Assembly: GCF_963676685.1 (NCBI RefSeq)
Contig: NC_092355.1
Span: forward strand, 63,550,001 to 63,614,000
Length of the DNA: 64,000 nt
Source of the DNA: Mytilus edulis
Taxonomy: Eukaryota
Direction of reading: 5' to 3'
The notes below the pieces were generated by a model. That model was given only the letters and a program-made list of their open reading frames with translations. It made no database searches and was not told the origin of the DNA. Below, in pieces: positions 37,555 through 49,077 of this stretch. The position numbers were made by a program, and so were the translations under genes. Position 1 is the first letter of the stretch; every line of letters begins with the position of its first letter.

Positions 37555-38564
37555 TTAAGAACATTTTTTGGCTGCTTCTCCACTAAGCATGTACATGTAC
37601 CACATGAAGTAGTAAAAAATACAAAAAACTGGCCGCCTTCAGTCAAAATAGTGTGTTTTAGTAAAAGGTGACATATCTTCCTGAAAACAGTAACACCTTG
37701 TGAGCTAGCAGATTAAAAATTTGGCTCAGCATATCCCTCTACATGTCTAGTAATACAGGGTACATATTCATATCAGGTTAAAATGTTCTTGTTATGATCG
37801 AGTAAATAATTTATTTGTCACTGGACAATTTTAACAGCTTTCTTTCATCATGATCATTGGCCAAAACTAGTCTATAGACTTTTATAGATTGTGTCCTCTT
37901 GCACACAGTGTCAATGGATTTGTTTCACATGTACATCAATTTTAACAGGAGAATGAAAAAAAACTCCCAAATAGTTTTGAAATTTTGAAGCTACATATTT
38001 CCTTAGCTTATAAATACCAATCACAATTATTTGGGCAATACAGGCATGGGTCTTTATATTTCATGAAATTAATTTGTATAAATGTTTTACATGTATATTT
38101 CAACATCTGTGAAAAGCTGAGAATTTATTTATCAAGATATAAAGCTTTCTAGCAAGTTCAGAAAGTTCTAATTGAATTTGAATGCTTTTAGAATTCAGGA
38201 TGCATTAGCAAATTATGGAATCGATTATAAAATTTCTGGTTTATGACTTAAAAGTCCTATCTTCCTGCATAAAGTGTTTGAAATTTATGCATGTGGGTTT
38301 AATAAGTTTATTAATTTACTACATGTGGGCGTGCAGTTTGGAATATCTGTTCTTAGTCAGCAGATCAAAACTTCAAATGCTTTTCATCTAACATTTTGAA
38401 ATATAATTGGAAATAATAAAATTTTATTTGCAACATCTTTTCCAAGAATTTATTGATCTGTGGAAGATTACAAGAGGCTTAGTGCATGTAGAGCAACAGC
38501 TTTTATTTAGAGGCAAACAGAGTAATTCAACATCATCCATTGCCAGAAAATGTAATATTAAATT

Positions 38565-39301
38565 TTTCATTGTCTGTGACTAATGTTATTTAAACTTTTC
38601 TGGTCTGACAAGTGTAATATTTTAAGTTTCATTGTCTTACATGTACAACTGTAATAAATATTAAAGTTTCATTGTTTTACATGTACAACTGTAATAAATA
38701 TTAAAGTTTCATTGTTTTACATGTACAACTGTAATAAATATTAAAGTTTCATTGTTTTACATGTACATCTGTAATAAATATTAAAGTTTCATTGACTGAC
38801 AAATGTAATATAATAGTTTCATTGTCTGACAAGTGTAACAACCCAGTATCAGTGTCTGACAAATGTAATAATTAAGTTTCATTGTCTGACAAATATAAAA
38901 ATCAAGTTCCATTGTCTGACAAATGTAATAACTAAGTTTCATTGTCTGACAAATGTAAAAATCAAGTTCCATTGTCTGACAAATGTAATAATTAAGTTTC
39001 ATTGTCTGACAAATGTAAAAATCAAGTTCCATTGTCTGACAAATGTAATATAATAGTTTCATTGTCTGACAAATGTAAAAATCAAGTTCCATTGTCTGAC
39101 AAATGTAATATAATAGTTTCATTGTCTGACAAGTGTAACAATCCAGTGTCAGTGTCTGACAAATGTAATAATTAAGTTTCATTGTCTGACAAATGTAAAA
39201 ATCATGTTCCATTGTCTGACAAATGTAATAATTAAGTTTCATTGTCTGACAAATGTAAAAATCATGTTCCATTGTCTGACAAATGTAATAATTAAGTTTC
39301 A
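38565..39301. repeat. Compound minisatellite: 4 x 40 bp then about 17 x 30 bp with 60-bp alternation
   Basis: AAGTTTCATTGTTTTACATGTACAACTGTAATAAATATT followed by (ATTGTCTGACAAATGTAA + 12 variable nt)n. Confidence 0.93.
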
Positions 39302-42300
39302 AACTGAGTACAAATGTTCCATATGATATGATCTTTCTAATTTTAATGCCAAATTAGAGTTTACCCCATTTTCATGGTCCACTGATCATGCTGATCATGA
39401 ACATAGAAAATGATAGTGCAGATGGGGCATCCATGTACTAAGGTCGCATTCTTGTTTCTAATGCTTTAGAATATAAACGATATGATTTTTGGGGTGAAAA
39501 AAAAGTTGCTGCATTTCTTACTTGACAACAATTGTGTTTTCTGACATAACCAGGTGATTCATTTATAGACACCAATGTTCAAAGGGTGTGTAGCATCAAC
39601 ACTTTGATATGTAACCAGACACTGTTCTTTTAAGTATAGGAAATATATTAAGATGAATAATGATTAAGTGAAATATAAAAACATGACATGACATTCTAAA
39701 CATTTATGACACAGGATGGAAATTGTTGAATTAAGGAAGAAAGTCATTAACTGATGGGAAGTAGGTAGTTGATATCATATATTTTGGAAACAGATGTAAT
39801 ATGATATATATATATATATAATATTATAGATCCACTTAAGGTTTATGACCTCCTTCTGTTGACATTTTTGTATGAACTTTTCAAATTTCAATTGTATCAA
39901 AACTACAGATATAATGAATAATAGAGATAGGCCATTTTGTACATGTATACCAAGGGAAAACTTGATGCAAAGCATTATTATTTACTGTTTCGTTGCATTT
40001 AATAGAAAAAGAGGACTTTGTGGCAAATAAACCAAGATTTTTATAGAAAATTCACAGCCTTTAATACAGAGATTTTGTTTTAAAATTTAAAACATTTAGA
40101 TTACACACTTGCTTTTCTATGATGAGCTAGTGTTAATTGTTTACAAAAAGTTCTAAGCAACCTGTAAATTTCAAAATACCTTGTGCTGAGTCACAAAAGT
40201 CTAGCGCACCCTTAAAGGTGTACTTGATTTGGTCCATATTTATATTTGTTTTAACCAATAACTACGTTAATAAACTTGTTTTAAGGAAATCAATGCTAGC
40301 ACTGCATGCAATAGTCCTATATCTATCAGTCATTATATTGCCAAATATGAGATGACAATTAAGAATAAACATGATAAAGGCTGTGGATTTTCTATAAAAT
40401 TTCCATATGTTTAATTAGCATTGAATCAACACAAGGATACATAATCCTTAATGACATATATTTAGGGTGAATGACCTAGCATAATTAGATGCATAGATGA
40501 AAGATTCTAAACTGCAACTGTGCATGTGGTACATGTATTTGCATGCATGAAGTCAAATGAATTGAACATGATGATCTTAACAGATGTCCTTATACTGTAC
40601 AGTTACTGACCTTACAAAGCCTTATTTGTGACATGTGTTTTAATACAGTTAAATTTATGAATCTATAAAGAACACTGTGGGTTTATGGAATTTTAAGTTG
40701 TCCTCTTCAACTTCCAAATTTCTGATTTATACCCAAAATATTTCATTTACAACAGATTTAAAATCTCCAGTAAATAAACAGGTACACACATTGCTTCAAA
40801 TACTTTTTATATTGCTATGCAAATCAGGATAGAAATGCTTGGTAAATATTATTAAGCCTTATAATCTTCATGTTTTTTATAAGACTAACTATGATTAAAT
40901 TTGATAAGTTTGAAGACAATGTAGCCAATTTAAAAAGGTGTTGGGCATTCCAACCATATGTTCCAATTCAAGTGCATTGATCCGCCAATAAAAAAGGGGG
41001 GGAGTTGACTTTGCACCCTCTAGAAATGCCACTGATAGTGTTTTAATTATATTGGAAGAGTACTGCTGCATAATACAATGATGATCCACTATTATAGATA
41101 GGATGATTGAATTGACATAACATTATTCATATTATTCAAGAAAACTAATCATTTTTGAAATCATTTGGATTTAAAACTGAGATTGATAGGAAATATCAAT
41201 CATTAAACAACTTAAAGGTATAAATTTAACACCATCTTATTGACTGTAAAACTGAACTTTCATCATTCATTAAATTAGAACACAGATTGTACATAAATTT
41301 TCCTAGGGTGTATCTTAGGGGTTATCATGGTCAAATATAAGTCTATAAGATATTTTTACCTTTAGAAGGCGTGTGAAAGAAAAAACTTCTTGGATATATT
41401 TACATTGTTGAATAGTAAATCAAACGTTTTATGTCACATAGCAAACAAATTTAATGGTCGTTATCAAAAACTTTTTCTCCTTATTTGTTTAAAAAAGAAT
41501 TTTTATACCAATGGTGTAATAAAACGAAATTACAAAGTTTATTTCCCCAAACTGGGCATTAAAATTTTATCAGAATTCAGATACAATCTCAATTCTAGTA
41601 CGTTAAATTGTATGTATATGGTTAAAAAGGAATTTAACAAATTGATCGGCTTTGTTCAGTGTTTGTTGTGCTATTACATAAAGGTTTAATGCTTGAGTTA
41701 AAATATTGAAAAAATATTCAGATATGAAAGATAACTGAGTTGTTAGTACTGTTTATTACAGGTGAGCATCTTCTAGGCCATTTGTCGAGGTGAAAGGGTG
41801 TACTTAGTTAAGTCCAAATTAAGGTGGAGTCCAGACATTAATGTTTGTTTAGTGAATTGAATGGGAATGATGGATTCAAAACTGTAGAGAAAATTCTATT
41901 CAAAGAGAGTGTAAACGTTTTCTTTTAATATTTAAATGTATAAAAGTTGAACAGATCTGTTATTGTTGATATTTTTGCCTCCTGTATAGTTTTTGATGTC
42001 ATGAATGTACAGTACATTCAGTATAATGGGTCACTAAGCATCTAATCTAGGCACTTGAATTTTAAAAGCCCCCCCCCCCCCCCCTTTTTTTTTGGTGTGT
42101 TTAAAATTGTAAATAATTAATTATATGCATAAAAGAGCTATAGACTGTACTATAACTTAATAGCAGCACAGCATTTGAAATATTTACACCTAGAGATATA
42201 TCTAAAAGGAAATTGGATACCTTGCATTTATCTATTTTGCTTTAATTTTCAATATCATTTATATTGTCAAATCTCTAAAAGACTCCCCTCCCCCTACTAA

Positions 42301-42327
42301 TTTATTGAAAACTGTCAATCTATATTG

Positions 42328-42481
42328 CAGAGTTCGCAAAAAAGTGGCGGTCCTCAGGATTTTACCACCAAAATTTTGCATAGGACTGACACAATTTTAG
42401 TATTTTTCAATAGAATTAATAGTGAGGACCAGCAGATTTTCCTCAAGGACCACCAAGGAAAAAAAGATTTTGCAAACTCTG
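42328..42481. mobile_element. 154-bp hAT-like MITE with 6-bp TSD
   Basis: ATATTG|CAGAGTTCGCAAAA ... TTTTGCAAACTCTG|ATATTG; internal AGGACC repeats. Confidence 0.82.
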
Positions 42482-43901
42482 ATATTGACACTGATTATAA
42501 TCTTGGTGAAAATTAGACACACACATTCAGACTAAAGCCTTCAATGAGTTTCTATAATACGTACATATATTTTTTAAAAAAATTTTTAAAGTTCAAATTT
42601 TTCAGTTTTAAAACTGCCCAATTTAAAATGATAAAATTTAGTAAATTTAAGATCAATAATTTCATCACATTTTTTAACAGGATAAAAATTCCCTGACTTT
42701 AAACAAACAGGTTTACATTACCCCCCTTTAATTAGGTACTCCAAATATTTCACTGTTTATACAAACAGATTATATCTTACTGTTTAATGGTACTTAGAAA
42801 GTTCTTGAGTACCTTGTCCAATATTCAATAGGAAAGATATTGAACTTTAATAAAATTATCATTGGAGGGATTCAATCATGTTGGTTTAAGGTGTTAAAAT
42901 TTTCTTATTTTAGGTGCATTTTGGGTGCTGGAATGTTAATACCACGTCCATTTTCACATAACTAGTACACATTTTTTGTTAACCCTTTCACCGATTGCTG
43001 CCCAGACAGAAGCTACTCCGAGACGATGGCTTCCCTGGCTACTATTACTCAAGTGGGAGATCTTCATAATAAATGTCAATAAAAACTTGTTTGTAGTTAT
43101 TTGTGTATTTATTTCATTCACTAACACCATGTTCACAGTTTTGTTCATGTTTTGATAATTTTTTCTTCATAAAATATTCAAATTTTCAAATTTTTGGCAT
43201 TATCTAGGTGAAATTCTCAAAATTCTGCTTTTTGACCCCAAATCGTAATTTTTTAACCCAAAACAGCAAAATTTTGCAATATTTTATGAGGCTGTACAAA
43301 TTCCAGGGCCCCTGGGTGAAGGATTTTCTTACTATGTTGAAGATACATTGGAGGCCTTCATCTGTTTTCTGCTCTTTGATTGATTGCTGTCTCTGACACA
43401 TAAACAGCATTTCCATTCTCAATTTTAGCATATAATTGGGGTGTCACCTCATCATGTGATCATGTAAATATTTTTTTTCTGCTTTCTGTTTCGTGGATTG
43501 GAAGTTTATCTTTTCTGTCTTTCTGTTTTGTCATTTACAGGGCTCTCTCTCTAGGATTCAGCTTTTTTTGTGCTAAGGTGTCCTTTGTAGAAATTTTATT
43601 TTTGATCATGCTATGATTAATAATTACTTCTGCGACTTAAGATTTTGATTGATGTTTGAATTTTTTGCTTTTGTTAAGATTAATTTAAAGTGTTGCAAAA
43701 TAATTTGCTAGCAGCTGAACAGTGCTATTCACAGCTGATATCTAGTCACAAATTTATTTGACCATCAGGGGTCCTGTCTGTCTTACCCTGATGCACATGT
43801 CTAAAACATATATTTCTTTTTCTAACTTTCTTGTTTTAATAAAAAAAAAAAGGCTTCCTTTTTTCATTAGTTACTTCTATTTCTTCAATGTCAAATGCTG
43901 A

Positions 43902-44060
43902 CAGTGGCAGATCCAGGGGGGGGTTCCGGGGGTGCGCACCCCCCCTTTATTTTTGCCGATCAATGCATTTGTATCGGGACATATGTTTTGCACCCCCCCT
44001 TTGCCCTGGGTTACCTGGGTTAGCACCCCCCCCTTTCGAAAATTCCTGCATCCGCCCCGG
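43902..44060. mobile_element. About 160-bp G/C-run MITE with 5-bp TSD
   Basis: GCTGA|CAGTGGCAGATCCAGG ... CCTGCATCCGCCCCGG|GCTGA; internal GCCGATCAATGCATTTG is shared with copies at about 12010-12086, 40920-41035 and 61770-61930. Confidence 0.75.
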
Positions 44061-46295
44061 GCTGATGAAAAAAATCAGAAAAAATACTCCTTTTTTTTGT
44101 GTCTATACCAGCTTTGAACTGGCACATGTTCCTACATCTTACTGATAAACCTGATAAATAATGTATCCATCATTGCTCTAATCGATAAACACCTCAAACT
44201 GATTATCCAAATCTGGTAAAATTTCACTAGTACCTAAACCAACAGCCTTCAAACACATTTTTTCTTGTAAAAATATTGATATCATATACATTTGTATATA
44301 TACCTGATAGATGAAATGCCAAGAAAATAAAGAAAAGATGATCTCGGAATTGAGTTGGCTGATGGAATTTAATTACGAAAATTCTTTTCATTAGTTTCAT
44401 TTGATCAGACAGACAGTTATGAAATATATATTTTGCTTGCTATTCTGTGGATCATGAATTTATATATATATATAATGGCAACTTCGGGAAAACTTTATAT
44501 GCTAAGACCCACGGTACTTTGAGCTACTGTATAATGGTTTATTTTTATCATGAAATTGTGACTTGGATGGAGAGTTGTATCATTTGCACTGATATAACAT
44601 CTTCTTATATCTATGAATCAAATTTCCACAAAATACGATTTCATTCCATGACATTTGGTACCGACTACCGTGCACAATTTTTGTATTCATCTAATTGTTT
44701 GACAACCTCTTTTCCTCTGGAAAAAACATGTATACTAGTACAATTAGGATTTTTTTCATCTATAATTTCCACAGATGATACCTAAATTGCCTCTATCTGC
44801 TGAATATGCAAATTTGAAACATTGGGATTTTCAAAATATCATGTACCTAATACAAGTGTGTACTGTCATCTTCGCAGGAGAGGATGGGAATAGATCGTAA
44901 CACTCACGATCTAGCGAAGATGGTGTACACAGTACAAGTAGATCATGAACATTGTACTCATATAATTTGTTTCATTTTGTCTTAAAAAGTCCTGAGTTCA
45001 ATAAATTACCATGATAATTCTGAAGAAAAAAATAACTTCTAAGAAAACAAAAACATTCTGCTAATGATTGAAATGTTTAACTTAGTAATGTATTCTATTG
45101 TCACTTACAATTAGTTTGAGAGGCATAGATAATCATTTGTTTGAGTGGCATAGATAATCATTTGTTTGAGTGGCATATATTTACAATTAGTTTGAGTGGC
45201 ATTAATTCTCATTTGTGTCATTCTAAAGACAACTTCAAAAGTGTATTAATCATTTCTTTCTCAGGCCTGAAGTGTTAGCAAATATTAGGGTTTGATAATG
45301 GCATTGATTGTCTCAACTACAGCTGACAAACATTAACAAGAATTTTTAGTTAGGGAATATAAAGAGACAGAATCTATGAGAAGCCATGTGTTTGCATTAA
45401 TTTTATAGATTTCCAGTGAAAAATCATATAAAAGCCACAATATCAAGGTCCTTTGATGTATGTAACAAAGCTAAATAAAGGCTAAAATGTCATCTTTGTA
45501 TTTGAAGATTTTGGGTGTAACATGATATGCATTCTGTTAATACGAATTATATTCAAATTTATCACAGAACTTGTGCTTAGAAGTTTGTTTTTTGTTGGAT
45601 GTTTTTTAGCACTTTTAAATATATGTCTTTGATGTAGATGCTTCCCAAGGATGTTTTATATACATGTATAACCTCCAAATTTTTCAGTTCTACACCTATT
45701 TGATCATGTTTATGAAATTTCTGAAGATGTGTCATGCATACTGAAAGGAAATTCTCAAAACATTTTAAAATTGATTTTAATTCAATTTTAATTGATTTTG
45801 AGGTTTCTTTCTGTGAATGCATCAAAGCGAGAGTTACATGTATTCTTAAGCTGAAGTTGAAAACTCTTGTATGACATAACATTTGTGGATTGTTTGAGAG
45901 ATAATAATTGTTGAAGCAATGACATCTCTATAACATAATTGTTCACAGCATGTCTTTAGTAGATTATATCATCAAAGCTGGCAGTTAATTAGGATTGCTT
46001 AAGAAGTTGTTAATAATTGATTATGAAATAAGATGTTTCAAACCAGTTATGAGAAATGAAGTCATTCTCCCAGTTTGAATATTTTAATGCCCACCTGCTT
46101 TGACAATATATAGGAAAAGATTCAAAAGGGGAGGGGAACCAAGCATGATCCCTTCTAATAATTCTGCCTAAACATCATATGCTTATATTGTTTGGATAAC
46201 TGCAGATGACACATATCTTCCAAAAGATCACATATTTTATCCTGGTAATAAGTACAGAAATAAAAGTAATACTTATATTTTATTTTTATTTACAG

Positions 46296-46370
46296 ATATG
46301 ATTATAAGAAGTTGTTATACAATGCTACTTTCTGTTTGGTGCCACGAGGAAGAAGATTAGGATCATTTAG
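46296..46370 (+). CDS. EXT1: EXT1 exon 2 ((K)[24 protein letters not shown](R))
   Basis: Pyrimidine tract plus tacag acceptor, AG|gtaac donor, 75 nt, phase 2-2; hallmark [17 protein letters not shown]. Confidence 0.96.
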
Positions 46371-46458
46371 GTAACAATTGTCTTATAATAGAAAGGGTTT
46401 TGCATCAATGACACAACATCGTGAGTACCAGTACATGCACACCAAACCACCTGCCTAA

Positions 46459-46723
46459 GGTTGTAGCCAACACTTTAGCTAAAATTAATTTGGCTCTTTT
46501 AATTTTCATAAAATTTTGTCAAAGTAAATCCTTTAACAAATATATAAAAATTTCAAAAATTTTGAACCAACTAATTTGTCAAAAAAATTATACTGGTTAT
46601 ATAGCAGTTTGACAAACACTAATTTTGATCATTGAGAAGCTTAATATTCCTTTTACAACACAACGTAATTAAAACGTTTAGCTGAATTTACAGAGTTATC
46701 TCCCTGTAGTGTTAGGTACCACC
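46459..46723. mobile_element. TTAA-flanked MITE, copy 4 (EXT1 intron 2)
   Basis: Right end GTGTTAGGTACCACC|TTAA intact; left end diverged (CTAA|GGTTGTAGCCAACACT). Confidence 0.8.
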
Positions 46724-47129
46724 TTAAAGAAAAGGAACAGTACTGTTATTGCTGTTCTTCATCTTAATATTCAATGTGATACCTATTGATAAATGATTGA
46801 AATACATGTGAGAACTTTACATAGAATCAAACAAAACAAACAAGAAAGTTAAACAAAAAATTACTCGACATGGGTTCAAATCTAGGCAATGACAACCCAA
46901 CTTTAGACTTTTGAAACTGTTGTAAAACTTTACTCAATGCATTACAGAGTTTGAGCAAATTCCGCCAGGCTTGAAGTCGGAATAAAATGTCAAGGAAGGG
47001 TGACACTGTTACATTGTGAACAAGGAGGATTAAAATCCCGTTCAGCATGTTGGTCTAGTGCAAAGCTGGAACTATACTTTAACACTAGTGGGTTACTTAT
47101 TATACTTAATAATGACTGTCATTTTTCAG

Positions 47130-47256
47130 ATTTTTAGAAGCCCTGCAGGCAGGGTGTATTCCTGTGTTACTTAGCAATGGATGGGAGTTACCCTTCTCTG
47201 AGGTCATTGACTGGAGCAAGGCTGCAGTGTGGGGTGATGAGAGACTATTGTTTCAG
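47130..47256 (+). CDS. EXT1: EXT1 exon 3 ([42 protein letters not shown]); gene continues beyond the window
   Basis: tttttcag acceptor, CAG|gtaggt donor, 127 nt, in frame with exon 2; no exon 4-like sequence found up to 64000. Confidence 0.96.
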
Positions 47257-47995
47257 GTAGGTTAATCAACCATTTCAGATTTATTGAATGCAGTCATAAA
47301 TTGACCCAGCGTGACCCCCTTTTCCTTTAAAAACCTTGGTCAATGAAGCATAATTTCAGAATTATTGAATGCAGACATGAATTTTAGACAGGGGCACACT
47401 TAAGCCTGAGCCCCTCCTCCTCTTCAAAAAAGTATAATTACAGCCAATTTTTGTCTAAAATTATTGTTGTTATTCTTAATTCTACATATTCTCAGGAGCT
47501 TTGATAATACTCTGGACTTCTGAATAGGTTAGAGATTGAGTATTTAAATTTTATGGTAGGAATTTAGTTTGAAAGGTTTGGATTTAGATGAAATGGAAAA
47601 TATTTTAATCCGTTCTTTTGTAAATAAACCATCTTCAGTCAAAATAATTATAAAGATAAGTACTTGATTGTCAAGTTTTAATGCAGATTGACAGTTTTAA
47701 AGGAGTCAAAAGTGAAATGATCAAATCAAAGGTAAAATGTCTCCGTATCTTGGGTAAAACTGCATGCTTCCGTTTGACTGATCCTAACATTGCTTAGTAT
47801 TTGTCTTAATATTACGTCACCGTCGTGAATTAGATATAATTCAGTTTGTCTATAGACAATAGGATTAAGTCAATTTCTTTACTTAATTCCCCTTAGATCT
47901 TACATAACCCTGTAATTGTTATGTCTGTGAGGTTATCAGTGTGTAAACCAAGCATTTACTGTGTTCACGACTTAAAACACGTCCCTTTCAAAGTA

Positions 47996-48256
47996 CAGTG
48001 AAACCTTTCTGATCCAACACCTACAGTGAAACCTTTCTAATCCAACACCTACAGTGAAACCTTTCTAATCCAACACCTACAGTGAAACCTTTCTAATCCA
48101 ACACCTAAGTATTCTTACATTTTGCTTTAATCAACATATTTTCATGGTCCCAAAATATGTCTATCCTTCAGAAATAAACCTGAGTATCCCAACACCTTGC
48201 TTAATCTGACAATTTTGTTTGGTCCCCCAGTGTGTCGGATAACACAGGTTACACTG
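47996..48256. mobile_element. pogo/Tc1-like MITE whose left TA plus TIR (28 bp) is repeated four times
   Basis: (TACAGTGAAACCTTTCTAATCCAACACC)x4 at 47994-48105; right TIR GTGTCGGATAACACAGGTTACACTG|TA. Confidence 0.8.
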
Positions 48257-48825
48257 TATTTATTTTGGCTGGAGATGATAAATTGTTGTGTTCAGATATT
48301 CTGAGCAATACAAAATATCAGTTCTCTGTCTTTGAATCAATGACCTTGATTAGAAATGCTTGACTATTATGATTTTGCTGTTTAAACAAAAAAATTCTAC
48401 TTGGTGAAGAGTTTAAACTTTAATCTAAAGATATGTCAGTCACATTTGTTTTGAAAAAAAAATGTGTATGAATCAATGCCTTGCTTATTAAATAAAACAT
48501 GCTGGAAGTTATCCCATCTATTTTGACAAGAGATTAATTGTCCATTCAATATCTATGAATGGCTCCAGAATTTATTTACCTGAAATACATATAAAGCAAT
48601 GCTGCTATATGAACATGATGAATAGTTGTTTGGCTTGTAGGCACCTGTATTGTGTAGGAAAATAAAACACAGCATCCTTAGGGTGACTGGGATATAAATA
48701 GATTTACAGTTACCTTGACCTCTCCCTTCTGTCAATAAGACCTGTATTGAGGGGGTTGCTGTGCAGGTAAAAAGTAACACTTGCCTCAGTGACTATGTCA
48801 TAGCTTCTGTCAGTAATTGTACTCA

Positions 48826-49074
48826 GGCCATAAAAAAGAATAGGTTTGTTTGCCCAAACGCTATCTACCCAGAAAAAAACTGCCTACTCAAATTCTTTCA
48901 TTGTCCAGATTTGAAGAAGCTTTTTTTTAATCAGATAGGCATGAAGACTAATAAACTGATACTTCAATTTCTCTTTTTGAAAAAAGAAAAAAGAAAATGC
49001 CTATACCTACCTACCCACTGTTTCAACCTTGGGTAGGGTTTGGGCAAACCAAAATATTTTTTTTAATTGTGGCC
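48826..49074. mobile_element. 249-bp MITE, GGCC ends, 3-bp TSD (PIF/Harbinger- or Zator-like)
   Basis: TCA|GGCCATAAAAAAG..TTTGCCCAAAC ... GTTTGGGCAAAC..AATTGTGGCC|TCA; inserted in the first satellite unit. Confidence 0.85.
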
Positions 49075-49077
49075 TCA

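Noticed and set aside
38781-39302. Constant 18-bp core with variable 12-mers read as a repeat-spacer array, or the 173-aa ORF read as a gene
   Set aside because: The 12-mers are related to each other and reused; a stop-free frame is expected from a 30-bp unit
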